A stretch of 64,000 nt of DNA, taken from Chrysemys picta bellii. Its lineage: Eukaryota. Positions 50,701-62,959 of this stretch are shown one piece after another. Made by a program: the position numbers and the translations under genes. The notes under the pieces were generated by a model. The model saw nothing but the letters and a program-made list of their open reading frames with translations, searched no databases and was not told the origin of the DNA. The DNA is taken from positions 11,346,001 through 11,410,000 of the forward strand of contig NC_088794.1 of NCBI RefSeq assembly GCF_011386835.1. Direction: 5' to 3'. Within the stretch, counting starts at the first letter, position 1. The number at the start of each line of letters is the position of its first letter.

Positions 50701-53700
50701 GAATCCTGGTGCTCATGCCCCGGGGCGCGGACCCCGCTGGGCTGGCTGGTGACTCTTCCCCCTGCCGTTCCCAGGGCCGGGCTGAGAAGTCACCTGCTAG
50801 GCCCCGTTACCGCAAGATCCAGAAGCTCACCAACGCCATCCGGGCCTTCACCTTCACCAACCTGCTGCTGATGGGCTTCGGGGGTCACCTGCCTCATCAA
50901 TAACCTACCTCTGCAGGTACCGCCGGCCCCCTGCTCCGCTCCCCCGCGGTGGCCCCAGGCGGGTGCCGCCCCTGGCCCGCTCCCCTTGCCCCATGGCCCG
51001 CCAGAGCTGGTGCCGCCCTGAGTCTCCTGTCCTTTCCCATGTGCCCCAGGCCCAATGGTCATTGTCTGCTGCTGATCCCCCGTGGTGCCCCCCCACATCC
51101 TGATGCCCCCGTCTCTTCTCTCTGCAGTTTTTGACCTTTGTCCTTCACACCATGGTACGAGGCTTTTTCCACTCCGCCTGTGGGGGTCTCTACGCCGCTG
51201 TGTGAGTCCCCCCCCCCACGCTTGCCCCATCCTTCCTGCGTGCCCCTGCCACACTCAGAGCCCGGAGCGCTGGGCTGGGGATGCCCACAGGGGCGTGACC
51301 CAGCAGCCGGGGACCCCTTAATCTTCCTGGGGGGCCAAGCCAGCTGGCCAAGGCTGATGGAGTTGGGGTGAGGGTCAGTCCTTTTTNNNNNNNNNNCCAG
51401 GCTGGAGGGTTCAGGGGGTGCAGGGCTCTCCCAGGCTGGGGGTATAGGGGACCGTAGGGAGGTGCAGGGCTCTCCCAGGCTGGGGGGTGCAGGGGGTGCA
51501 GGGCTCTCCTAGGCTGGGGGTACAGGGGTATGTAGGGGGGTGCAGGGCTCTCCCAGGCTGGGGGTACAGGGGTATGTAGGGGGGTGCAGGGCTCTCCTAG
51601 GCTGGGGGTACAGGGGTATGTAGGGGGGTGCAGGGCTCTCCCAGGCTGGGGGTACAGGGGTATGTACGGGGGTACAGGGGTATGTACAGGGGTGCAGGGC
51701 TCTCCCAGGCTGGGGGTACAGGGGACCATAGAGAGGTGCAGGGCTCTCCCAGGCTGGAGGGTGCAGGGGGTGCAGGGCTCTCCTAGGCTTGGGGTACAGG
51801 GGTATGTAGGGGGGTGCAGGGCTCTCCCAGGCTGGGGGTACAGGGGTATGTAGGGGGGTGCAGGGCTCTCCCAGGCTGGGGGGTGCAGGGGGTGCAGGGC
51901 TCTCCCAGGCTGGGGGGTTCAGGGGGTGCAGGACTCTCCCAGGCTGGGGGTACAGGGGACAGTAGAGAGGTGCAGGGCTCTCCCAGGCTGGGGGTACAGG
52001 GGTATGTAGGGGGGTGCAGGGCTCTCCCAGGCTGGGGGGTGCAGGGGGTGCAGGGCTCTCCCAGGCTGGGGGGTTCAGGGGGTGCAGGGCTCTCCCAGGC
52101 TGGGGGGTTCAGGGGGTGCAGGGCTCTCCCAGGCAGGGGGGTGCAGTCTGGGGCAGCAGGCAGTGTGTGTGTGGGGGGCTTCCCCAGGCTGTGTGTGGGC
52201 GGTGCTAGCCGTGCCCCCGACCGGCCGATCTATGGCCCGGCAGCTGCTCCGTGCAAGGCCGGGTACCTCGTGCATCTGGCAGTGGCTCTGCAGGCCGCGG
52301 GGCGCTGCCTGGGTGTCTGGCTCCACCTGCTGGCGGGATCGGGGAGCTGCACCTTCCCAACCCGTCGCGCTGGATTCTACCTGCGGGATCTGGGGCGGCC
52401 CTAACCCCTGGGGGAGCGGAGCACGCAGCCCCCACGCGGCCAGCCTCTTGCACAGCTGCTAGGCTGAGCTCGAGTTTGGAGAGAACCCAGGAGTCCTGGC
52501 TCCAAGGACCCCCGCCCGCTCTAACCACTACATCGCACTGCCCTCCCAGAGCTGGGCTACCACCAGGAGTCCTGACTTGCACCCCACTCCTCCCCTCCCA
52601 GAGCTGGGGTAGAAGCCAGGAATCCAACAGTGCTGAGATTCACCTTTCCCATGCGAGAGCAGAGGTGGGCTGTGACAGGCGCCCGTCTGTGTGTAGGGGG
52701 GTGATGGGGAGCCTGGGGGTGACTCTGGCTGAGGCGGTCGGGGGGATGGGGTGTCTGATGGGGGGGGGGAGCCTGGGGGTGACTCTGGCTGAGGCGGTCG
52801 GGGGGATGGGGTCTGTGATGGGGGGGGAGCCTGGGGATGACTCTGGCTGAGGCGGTCGGGGGGATGGGGTCTCTGATGGGGGGGAGCCTGGGGGTGACTC
52901 TGGCTGAGGCTGTCGGGGGGATGGGGTCTCTGATGGGGGGGAGCCTGGGGGTGACTCTGGCTGAGGCTGTCGGGGGGATGGGGTCTCTGATGGGGGGAGC
53001 CTGGGGGTGACTCTGGCTGAGGCGGTCGGGGGATGGGGTCTCTGATGGGGGGGAGCCTGGGGATGACTCTGGCTGAGGCTGTCGGGGGATGGGGTGTCTG
53101 ATGGGGGGGGAGCCTGGGGGTGACTCTGGCTGAGGCTGTCGGGGGGATGGGGTCTCTGATGGGGGGGAGCCTGGGGGTGACTCTGGCTGAGGCGGTCGGG
53201 GGATGGGGTCTCTGATGGGGGGAGCCTGGGGATGACTCTGGCTGAGGCGGTCGGGGGGATGGGGTCTCTGATGGGGGGGGAGCCTGGGGATGACTCTGGC
53301 TGAGGCGGTTGGGGGATGGCGTCTGTGATGGGGGGAGCCTGGGGGTGACTCTGGCTGAGGCGGTCGGGGGGATGGGGTCTGTGATGGCGGGGGAGCCTGG
53401 GGGTGACTCTGGCTGAGGCGGTCGGGGGATGGGGTCTCTGATGGGGGGAGCCTGGGGATGACTCTGGCTGAGGCGGTTGGGGGGATGGGGTCTCTGATGG
53501 GGGGGGAGCGTGGGGATGACTCTGGCTGAGGCTGTGGGGGGGATGGGGTCTCTGATTGGGGGGAGCCTGGGGATGACTCTGGCTGAGGCGGTCGGGGGAT
53601 GGGGTCTCTGATGGGGGGAGCCTGGGGGTGACTCTGGCTGAGGCGGTCGGGGGGATGGGGTCTCTGATGGGGGGAGCCTGGGGGTGACTCTGGCTGAGGT

Positions 53701-56700
53701 GGTCGGGGGATGGGGTCTGTGATGGGGGGAGCCTGGGGGTGACTCTGGCTGAGGCGGTCGGGGGATGGGGTCTGTGATGGGGGGAGCCTGGGGGTGACTC
53801 TGGCTGAGGCGGTCGGGGGATGGCGTCTGTGATGGGGGGAGCCTGGGGGTGACTCTGGCTGAGGCGGTCGGGGGGATGGGGTCTGTGATGGGGGGAGCCT
53901 GGGGGTGACTCTGGCTGAGGCGGTCGGGGGATGGCGTCTGTGATGGGGGGAGCCTGGGGGTGACTCTGGCTGAGGCGGTCGGGGGGATGGGGTCTGTGAT
54001 GGGGGGAGCCTGGGGGTGACTCTGGCTGAGGCGGTCGGGGGATGGGGTCTCTGATGTGGGGGGAGCCTGGGGGTGACTCTGGCTGAGGCTGTCGGGGGGA
54101 TGGGGTCTCTGATGGGGGGGGAGCGTGGGGGTAACTCTGGCTGAGGCTGTCGGGGGGATGGGGTGTCTGATGGGGGGGGGAGCCTGGGGGTGACTCTGGC
54201 TGAGGCTGTCGGGGGGATGGGGTGTCTGATGGGGGGGGGAGCCTGGGGGTGACTCTGGCTGAGGCTGTCGGGGGGATGGGGTCTCTGATGGGGGGGGAGC
54301 GTGGGGGTGACTCTGGCTGAGGCGGTCGGGGGATGGGGTCTCTGATGGGGGGAGCCTGGGGGTGACTCTGGCTGAGGCGGTCGGGGGGATGGGGTCTGTG
54401 ATGGGGGGGAGCCTGGGGGTGACTCTGGCTGAGGCGGTCGGGGGGATGGGGTCTCTGATGGGGGGGAGCCTGGGGGTGACTCTGGCTGAGGCGGTCGGGG
54501 GATGGGGTCTCTGATGGGGGGGAGCCTGGGGGTGACTCTGGCTGAGGCTGTCGGGGGGATGGGGTCTCTGATGGGGGGGAGCCTGGGGGTGACTCTGGCT
54601 GAGGCTGTCGGGGGGATGGGGTGTCTGATGGGGGGGGAGCCTGGGGGTGACTCTGGCTGAGGCGGTCGGGGGGATGGGGTCTCTGATGGGGGGAGCCTGG
54701 GGGTGACTCTGGCTGAGGCTGTCGGGGGGATGGGGTCTCTGATGGGGGGAGCCTGGGGGTGACTCTGGCTGAGGCGGTCGGGGGATGGGGTCTCTGATGG
54801 GGGGGGGGAGCCTGGGGGTGACTCTGGCTGAGGCTGTCGGGGGGATGGGGTGTCTGATGGGGGGGGAGCCTGGGGGTGACTCTGGCTGAGGCGGTCGGGG
54901 GGATGGGGTCTCTGATGGGGGGAGCCTGGGGGTGACTCTGGCTGAGGCTGTCGGGGGGATGGGGTCTCTGATGGGGGGAGCCTGGGGGTGACTCTGGCTG
55001 AGGCGGTCGGGGGGATGGGGTCTCTGATGGGGGGAGCCTGGGGGTGACTCTGGCTGAGGCGGTCGGGGGGATGGGGTCTCTGATGGGGGGGAGCCTGGGG
55101 GTGACTCTGGCTGAGGCGGTCGGGGGGATGGGGTCTCTGATGGGGGGAACCTGGGGATGACTCTGGCTGAGGCGGTCGGGGGATGGGGTCTCTGATGGGG
55201 GGGAGCTTGGGGGTGACTCTGGCTGAGGCTGTCGGGGGGATGGGGTCTCTGATGGGGGGGGGAGCCTGGGGGTGACTCTGGCTGAGGCGGTCGGGGGGAT
55301 GGGGTCTCTGATGGGGGGAGCCTGGGGGTGACTCTGGCTGAGGCGGTCGGGGGATGGGGTCTCTGATGGGGGGGAGCCTGGGGGTGACTCTGGCTGAGGC
55401 GGTCGGGGGATGGGGTCTCTGATGGGGGGAGCCTGGGGGTGACTCTGGCTGAGGCTGTGGGGGGGATGGGGTCTCTGATGGGGGGGGAGCCTGGGGATGA
55501 CTCTGGCTGAGGCTGTCGGGGGGATGGGGTCTGTGATGGGGGTGTGTGTGGGGGTGACTCTGGCGGAGGCGGTCGGGGGGATGGGGTGTCTGATGGGGGG
55601 GGGAGCCTGGGGGTGACTCTGGCTGAGGCTGTCGGGGGATGGGGTGTCTGATGGGGGGGGAGCCTGGGGGTGACTCTGGCTGAGGCTGTTGGGGGGGATG
55701 GGGTCTCTGATGGGGGGAGCCTGGGGATGACTCTGGCTGAGGCTGTCGGGGGGATGGGGTGTCTGATGGGGGGGGAGCCTGGGGGTGACTCTGGCTGAGG
55801 CTGTCGGGGGGATGGGGTCTCTGATGGGGGGAGCCTGGGGATGACTCTGGCTGAGGCGGTCGGGGGATGGGGTCTCTGATGGGGGGAGCCTGGGGATGAG
55901 TCTGGCTGAGGCTGTGGGGGGGATTGGGTCTCTGATGTGGGGGTACTATCGTGTCTGCTGGAGGAGATGTGGGGGTTGTCTGGGGCTGACAGTAACGTCT
56001 CCTCCTTGCCTTCTCCCTCCCCCGCCCCGGCCTGCAGACTCGATCCCCTTGCGCCGCAGCGTCTGCTCCCCCATCTTCCTGTGGAGCCTGATCCCCATGG
56101 GCATGACCCAGCTGCGCGTCATCTTCTACATGGCAGCGATGAACAAGATGCTGGAGTTCCAGGTGACGGGCGGCAGCCCGGACGGTGAGGGCCCGGTGGG
56201 GAGCGTCTCCTGGATCCACTGGTTCTGCTCCATGCCCAGCCTCTCACCAGTCCCTGGCCCCCAAGGCCGCACCCAGTTCCACAGGGGCAGGGTCATGGCC
56301 TCTAGGGCCCCAGCGATCCCTGTCTGTCTCCTCGGCTCCCGGGAGGTTTGTGCCCTTTGGGGCGCTGCACTGTCAGGGGTATCTGCAGCGGCAGCCTTCC
56401 CAGACACGGGGGAACATTAGCCGCCTGGCCCACGGCGTCGGAAAGGCCTTGGGTTAGCACAGAGAGGCAAAGGTTGGGCCATAGTCCAGCCTGGCCAGCC
56501 CCGGTGCAATTAGCCAGCCAAGACGTTATGGTCTCTATCTCCATCTGGCTCCTTGTCAGCCCCGAGGCCTGGCCACCGGCCTCCTTTCCCCTTTGTTCTC
56601 CCGCTGGGGCCTTGGAGCTGCTTCTCGGCTGAGGGCTGGGAATGTCTCCTTCCTCCTGGCTGGTGGCTGCTAGGGGTGAACGGCCCGGCCGTTGGGGTTC

Positions 56701-59700
56701 CCGCTCTCTTGCTGGATTCTCCATTGATGTGGGTTGGTTTACGCCAGTCCTTTGCCGACCCTTCTTCCACCCCAGCCAGCCACGGGGGACACACACCTCG
56801 CGGCTCGTGCTCTGCCCCAAGAACAGCTGGTTAACCCTTTGCACTCGTGTGCAGAGCAGTGCAAAGCACAGAGGGAAACTGAGGCACGCATGCGCCTCAT
56901 AAACATAGTACCAAAATTCCCACTTAGTCACAAGGGGACATAGGCCAGGAGGGGGCATTGGGTGGGGTCCTGCTCTCACGGACCCACAGGGTGTGTACTG
57001 TGCCCTGGTGTTTCCCCTGCCCCTTGGAGGAACCCCACAGAGGGCCCCGCTCTTCCTTAAGGGCAGTCACGCGGCCTCCCCGCCTCTGGGCTCCACCGCG
57101 AGCTCTGTCCAGCGATGCCAAGCGAGGCAGGCTCCTGGCCACAGACTCACCCGCTCTTCGTGCCAATGTGATTTTCAGCACAAACCTGCCCTAACTCAGC
57201 CCGGCCGGCTGTCAATCTGTCGTCCAAGGGCTGAGTTTGCCCATCCGCCTGCAGGAGGGTCCCAATGATCGCCTGGGGCTCCCACTGGTTTTATGGACCC
57301 TCCATCCAGGCCCCAGACTGTTACGGGACCCAACACCTCCTGCCCCCAGAACCGCTTTTAATCCTTTTGTGCCCACAAGTAGCAAGGCAAAGTACAGAGG
57401 GAAACTGAGTAATGCATCAAAATATCTCAGAAAATCATCACTTCCTCACAGGAGGGCATAGGGCATCAGGGGAAGCTGTGTGTGTGTGTGGGGGGGAGCT
57501 GTGTGTGTGGGAGTTAGGGTGGGAGGGGGAGACCGAGGAGAGCTGGGGTGGGGGTTGGGGGGAGCTGGGGTAGGAGGGGGGAGGCAGAGGCCAGCAGAAG
57601 GAGCTGGGTGTGGGTGTGGGGGGGCGAAGGTGTTGGAGGGACATAGGCTAGAATGGGGGTGGGGACCTTCTTTCCAGGCCCTTTATCCCTTGTCTGTGTC
57701 TCTGTCCCCCCCGTTGACCGCAGTGCCGGAGGAGCTGATGGAGAAGGCTGAGGACACAGGTAGGAGCAGCTAGGGGATAGCCGAGGCCAGCCCTGCCCCC
57801 TGCCCTTCCAGCACTGCTAGCTACGGCAATGTCCGGAGCTGCCAAGAGACTAGGGAGCCCCGGTCCCCTATGGGGCAGGAAGTGGGAGTGGGGTCTCCCA
57901 CATGCAGTGGCCGATGGAGCGATGCCCTCCCCAGGCGCTGTGCTCTCCGCTGTAGGGCAGAGGGATGGGGCCTGGGTGTAGGGTTCTCCCCTTGATGGGG
58001 AAGGGCATGGGCATAAGGCTCTCCTCCCTGATCAGGGTCTGGGGGTGGGGACTGGGCACAGGGGTCTCTGCTCTGATGGGGGTGGGGACAGGGCCTGGGA
58101 GTCTCCCCGGCAGTGGGGTTGGGGACGGGGCCTGGGCACCGGGTTCTCACCCTCTCCCCGACGGACAGTTGGGTTCTACGCCTCCATCTTCGGGGTCATG
58201 CAGCTGCTCTGCCTCGTAACCTGCCCCTTCATCGGCTACGTGATGGACTGGCGCATGAAGGACTGTGTGGACGGGCCGCTGGGCACGGGCGCCACCATGG
58301 CAGCTGGGTGAGAGTGTGTGTCCGGGGCACGGATCCAGCTTGTGGGCCTGGGGGGGCAAATCCTGGTGCTGGTGCCCCGGGTCGCGGACCCCGCTGGGGG
58401 GACTGGGGTGTGTGTGTGAATCCTGGTGCTCATGCCCCGGGGCGCGGACCCCGCTGGGCTGGCTGGTGACTCTTCCCCCTGCCGTTCCCAGGGCCGGGGC
58501 TGAGAAGTCACCTGCTAGGCCCCGTTACCGCAAGATCCAGAAGCTCACCAACGCCATCCGGGCCTTCACCTTCACCAACCTGCTGCTGATGGGCTTCGGG
58601 GTCACCTGCCTCATCAATAACCTACCTCTGCAGGTACCGCCGGCCCCCTGCTCCGCTCCCCCGCGGTGCCCCAGGCGGGTGCCGCCCCTGGCCCGCTCCC
58701 CCTTGCCCCATGGCCCGCCAGAGCTGGTGCCGCCCTGAGTCTCCTGTCCTTTCCCATGTGCCCCAGGCCCAATGGTCATTGTCTGCTGCTGATCCCCCGT
58801 GGTGCCCCCCCACATCCTGATGCCCCCGTCTCTTCTCTCTGCAGTTTTTGACCTTTGTCCTTCACACCATGGTACGAGGCTTTTTCCACTCCGCCTGTGG
58901 GGGTCTCTACGCCGCTGTGTGAGTCCCCCCCCCCACGCTTGCCCCATCCTTCCTGCGTGCCCCTGCCACACTCAGAGCCCGGAGCGCTGGCTGGGGATGC
59001 CCACAGGGGCGTGACCCAGCAGCCGGGGACCCCTTAATCTTCCTGGGGGGCCAAGCCCAGCTGGCCAAGGCTGATGGAGTTGGGTGAGGGTCAGTCCTTT
59101 TTGATGGCCAAATATATGGGGGGAGGGGTACACACCAGCTGGGATGTGGGGCAGGCGGGAGGGGAGATGGGGGGTTGCCCCCTCGATCCCACTCGTTCTC
59201 CTGTCTGCTGGGGCCATGGCAGAGGTTTGGGGTCACTAATCAAGGGGAGGTGGGGGGGGGGCTCACTCCTAGGACTTTGGTGGGGGTGGAGCCTGGTTAC
59301 CTGGAGGGGTGCCAGGTGGGCAGAGCCCTCATTGGCCGCTTGGCCTGTGGTTGACAGGTACCCGTCCAGTCACTTCGGCACTCTAACTGGCCTGCAGTCG
59401 CTGATCAGCGCCATCTTTGCTCTGCTGCAACAGCCGCTCTTCATGGTCATGGTGGGGCCCCTGGCCGGCGACCCCTTCTGGGTAAGTGAAAGGGCCGTGA
59501 CCCCGGGCCAACCCTATCCCGGGATCCCCTCCCCACAGACCTCAGTCTGGGGAGCCCCCGCCCCCACCCCGTGGAGCTAGCATATGGCAAGGGGCGGGGC
59601 AATACCAGTGCCTGACTCCGCCCCCAAGGTCTTAGACTCGGCCCCGCTCCGGGGCTGATCCACCAAGGGGTGAGGGGGGCTGGAGTGGGGAGGATGGATC

Positions 59701-60569
59701 TGATGCCCCTTCCCCTGGCTGGGCAGGGGGCTCTGCGGAGGCCTCTGGCCCCGTTAGACCAGAGGTTGCCATTTGTCCCAGTTGAATGCGTTAGCTGACA
59801 TTGGAGAGATGAGGGGTGGGGCTAGACCCAGGCTCCTCCTACCATCCTGAAAGGGGTCACAGGGACCTCCCTGCCCTTGGAGAAAGGAGCATCTTTTGGT
59901 ATACCGGGGGGAAGGAACAGGCTGGCTCAGGGAAGAGGGGAATGGGACATAGGGCCTTTCCCCTCTAGGGGGCGCTGGCTCTGATCTGACCCCAGGATGG
60001 GGTCACTGACTGGCTCGGGGGCGGGGGGGAGTGGGAGTCTTTCCCCTCTAGGAAGCGCTGGTCCCTGCGCCTGGCTGGCTTGGGGAGTGGGACAGTCCCT
60101 GGTGGGGCAGGTGCAGATTGGCAAAGCTGCCCAGTTGGCACTAAAAAGGTCTTGGAGTCCGAGCTCGTTGCCCCCCCGGGGGGAGGAGTGCAGGGCTGTG
60201 GAGCGGGCCCCTTTCCCAGCATGCTGTGCGGTTAATAGGGGGTGGAGAAGGAACATATTTTGGTGGCTGAATCACTGAGTGGGTAGCTCAGCTGTGAGAT
60301 GAAATCACTGATTTCCCCCCCTCCAAATCTCTCCCACTTGCCTTGCATCCACACCCCCCCCCCCCCCCCCGCAGGTCAATTTTGGCCTCCTGATCTTCTC
60401 TCTCCTGGGCTTCCTGCTGCCCTTCTACCTCTGCTACTTCCGGCGCGCCCTGCTCCGGGATCAGCCGGCGCTGGGAGAGATCCCGGACCTGGCGGAGGGC
60501 GCCCAAGTCAAACTCCAGGACGGCGTGGCCCTCAATGGCATGCTGAGTGCTGACGACACTGCGGCATAG
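32791..60569 (+). CDS. SLC43A1: Large neutral amino acid transporter LAT3 (SLC43 family, MFS fold), about 577 aa
   Basis: Coding exons 32791-32944, 35449-35632, 36011-36066, 39447-39523, 41588-41680, 41913-42046, 42712-42891 (one extra G at 42790-42794), then intact second copy 56038-56184, 57724-57759, 58169-58307, 58492-58633, 58845-58918, 59358-59481, 60375-60569; 1734 nt after removing that G. N-terminus [37 protein letters not shown] is SLC43A1-type rather than SLC43A2; TIMM10 adjacency agrees. Confidence 0.93.
33837..35021 (-). mobile_element. Solo LTR with nested hAT MITE
   Basis: 5-bp TSD GGAAC at 33832-33836 and 35022-35026; minus strand starts TGTGATAGG; AATAAA (- strand) near 34469-34474. 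Confidence 0.8.
33880..34147. mobile_element. hAT MITE (268 bp) inserted in the solo LTR
   Basis: TIRs CAGGGGCAGCTC / GAGCCACCCCTG; perfect 8-bp TSD GCAGAAAT. Confidence 0.92.
36205..39390. repeat. 40-bp C-rich minisatellite (~80 copies) filling an SLC43A1 intron
   Basis: Unit ccccccaaacccacagccccgcgctcctccgctctcccgt; period 40 nt visible at 36661-36740. Confidence 0.95.
42051..42678 (+). repeat. Minisatellite carrying ~13 tandem CTCF-like motifs (CCAGCAGGGGGCGC)
   Basis: Exact CCAGCAGGGGGCGC at 42141, 42178, 42524, 42587, 42663; about 8 further single-change variants. Confidence 0.85.
43195..44060. repeat. G-rich minisatellite (gcagggctctcccaggctgggggtacagggg variants, ~30-45 bp)
   Basis: Directly visible; repeated again at 51397-52140. 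Confidence 0.9.
43309..51386 (+). other. First copy of an ~8-kb duplicated SLC43A1 block with five frameshift-prone exon copies; probable false duplication
   Basis: Matches 51397-59102 end to end. Exon copies 48316-48461, 50004-50039, 50451-50591, 50775-50916, 51128-51201; three carry indels, mostly in G/C runs, that are absent from the second copy. Confidence 0.9.
44625..48205. repeat. ~56-58-bp G-rich minisatellite (~62 copies), copy 1
   Basis: Unit gggggagcctgggggtgactctggctgaggcggtcgggggatggggtctctgatgg. Confidence 0.95.
51387..51396. other. Assembly gap (10 N)
   Basis: nnnnnnnnnn exactly at the junction of the two copies. Confidence 1.
51397..52140. repeat. Second copy of the 43195-44060 minisatellite
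   Basis: Begins ccaggctggagggttcaggggg, as at 43309. Confidence 0.9.
52706..55930. repeat. ~56-58-bp G-rich minisatellite (~56 copies), copy 2
   Basis: Same unit as 44625-48205; 362 bp shorter by flanking anchors (offset 8083 before, 7721 after). Confidence 0.95.
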
Positions 60570-61204
60570 GGGGGGGGCTGGAGAACGGGGGGGGGGGGGG
60601 GGAGCGTGGGTGACATAGAACAAAATGCCAGATCCGCTCATCAGACGATTGCCGAACAGATGGGATGAGACACTAAGAGCAGGAAAAAGAAACACTTGTA
60701 GGTTTCAATACGCGGGAGCCATGGAAATAACCGAGCTGCATCGAATTTCTAATAGTTTTTTTTATATATATCGAGAGAGAGAGCGAGAGAGAGAGAGCTA
60801 TATATTTTTGCAGGGAACTTTATAAAGCTCTATGCTGTAAATAACTAACCAAAGATCGGGGTGCGCTCCTAAGCCCCAAGTCAGGACGCGCCCTTCCCAT
60901 AAAGATCTGCTGGTGCCGGATCAGGGCATTCAGGATAATCATTTCTAGCACTTACCTAGCCACTTTCATCTGTCAAACTGTGGTGGGTGAGTATCAGAAT
61001 TCCCCCCCCCACACACACACACACCATGTTCTAGATGGGGAAACTGCCTAGCTGCCAAGTCCTGGGTTTGAATCGTAACTTCCCCCTCCCTGCCCTGCCT
61101 GACTGAGCCTTTGCCTATCAGCTAACATGGAGGGGTCAAACTTTCCTCACCCTGCTAGGACGTCCCTCGTTGGCCCACGCTGGGTTGTCGATAAAGTTTC
61201 CTTT

Positions 61205-61535
61205 AAAACAAATGAAAGGAAGTATTTCTCCACACAGTCAGCCTAGTGGAACTCTTTGCCGGAGGATGTTGTGAAGGCCAAGACTAACAGGGGTTAAAAA
61301 AAGAACTAGATAAGTTTATGGAGGATAGGTCCATCAATGGCTATTAGCCAGGATGGGCAGGGATGGTGTCCCTAGCCTCTGTTTGCCAGAAGCGAGCGAC
61401 AGGGGATGGATCACTTGATGATTCTCTGTTCTGTTCACTCCCTCTGTGGCACCTGACTTCGGCTACTGTCGACAGACAGGATACTGGGCTAGATGGACCT
61501 TTGGTCTGACCCTTACGGCCGTTCTTATATTCTCT
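61205..61535 (+). mobile_element. CR1 LINE 3' end
   Basis: ggaggataggtccatcaatggctattagccaggatggg...gatggacctttggtctgaccc...gttcttatattct is a typical CR1 3' UTR. Confidence 0.92.
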
Positions 61536-62274
61536 TTTAGCATGTCCTGTCTGCCAACGCTGGGATGTCGATAAATTTTCTTTCTCTTCTAGGACATCCC
61601 CTATCTGGCAATATGAGGTGTTGATTAAGTTTCCCCTCCCTTCTCAGGCCGCCCCACACCAAGATACCCTCTATCTGCTAACTCTGGGATGTCAATCAAG
61701 TTTCCTTCTGTTATAGACACTCTCTGTCTCCTGACACTGGGTTGTTGATCCAGTTTCCCCTCCCCTATTTTATAAGCTGTGTATGGTGGCGTGGATCCCA
61801 CCCTACCCCACCCCAGCAGAACCAGGCCCTGGGAGGTGTCTGGGGCGAGTGGCTGCCGGGGGCGTATTTCTCAGGTGCTCCGATTGGTCTCTTATTTGGG
61901 AGGGCGCAAACGTGCATGTCCACAAATGGTACTAAGGGTGGGTCCGATCCGACCGTGAGTTCTGAGTCTGGCTGTGGACCTCTTGGGGAATGGGTGCAAG
62001 GGCTGGGAGGGAGGTGCTTGAAATCACATCTGTCGTTCCAGGCAGCGCGGGGAGCAACCGCAGTTGGCCACTTTCCAGTGACATCGTTGCATCCATTCTC
62101 GGTGGTGTTGCCCCCCCCTTCCCGGGGACCAGCAAAGGGGTTGCCCAGGAAGGGGTGGGAATGGGCCCCTGCCCCCTCCTCTCTGTAAGCCCCTCTCTCT
62201 CCCCGCCCCCGTCGCCGGTGCTCCCCAGCCAGTGGGGGATTTAATTTATTGTTCTGTTCGTATGTTTCAGAGGA

Positions 62275-62280
62275 AATAAA
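62275..62280 (+). terminator. Candidate distal SLC43A1 polyadenylation signal
   Basis: First canonical AATAAA noticed after the stop; a proximal variant TATAAA lies at 60821-60826. Usage unknown. Confidence 0.35.
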
Positions 62281-62634
62281 AAGGCAAATATAAGGCCTGG
62301 TAGTGATTGTGTCTAGGGGATCTGGGCCCCACCCAGTGATATCCCAGCTCTCTTGGGGCTTCCAGGAATCTCAGGACAAGGCCTTTCAGGAGGTGTCATC
62401 TCAAGTCTTGCCCCAGATCAAAAACGGGCCAAGAGGCAAGAATCAGAGAGCAAGATCAGCCAGGCAGGTTCCATCCTGGCAGAGGGTTAATGCCAGGTCT
62501 GCCGGCTCTGCACGGGTTCCCGTGTCTAAGCTCTTTGTGTGCTGGCAGAGAAGGTGAGTGGCAAAGCGGCAGCAGCTGCAACGGAGAGCACACCCAGTGT
62601 GGGAGGTCAGTCAAGGTGTAGCGAGGGAGCCCAG

Positions 62635-62811
62635 CAGGAGTGCTGCCAGTTTTTCTGCCACCCTAGGTGGCGGAAGGTCCCGCCCTGAAATGCTGCCCCC
62701 CACAGAGGCAGCGGAAGCTCCCGCCACCGAAATACCGCCGCGGTCACCGCCCCCCAGATTGTAGCGCCCTAGGCGACCGCCTGAGTTGCCTAATGGATTT
62801 CGCCGGCCCTG
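62635..62811. mobile_element. hAT MITE (177 bp)
   Basis: Perfect 8-bp TSD GAGCCCAG at 62627-62634 and 62812-62819; right TIR GCCGGCCCTG; left TIR degenerate. Confidence 0.8.
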
Positions 62812-62959
62812 GAGCCCAGAGGGACAGGAACGGGTAGCATGCCGGGAGCTGGAATTCAGTGTCTGCCCAATGCAAGGAGATGGAAGAATTTGAACCCCGC
62901 GTCCCACCTGACAGGGGTCTGAAATAACCATTGCAGCTCAGAAACGGGCCTGGGTGTCG

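Noticed and set aside
43309-51386. A second SLC43 paralogue or true pseudogene
   Set aside because: Near-identical introns, homopolymer-type differences and a gap at the junction fit an assembly overlap better.
36205-55930. Regular repeats as a possible CRISPR array
   Set aside because: Eukaryotic DNA; units are head-to-tail with no unique spacers and no cas genes.
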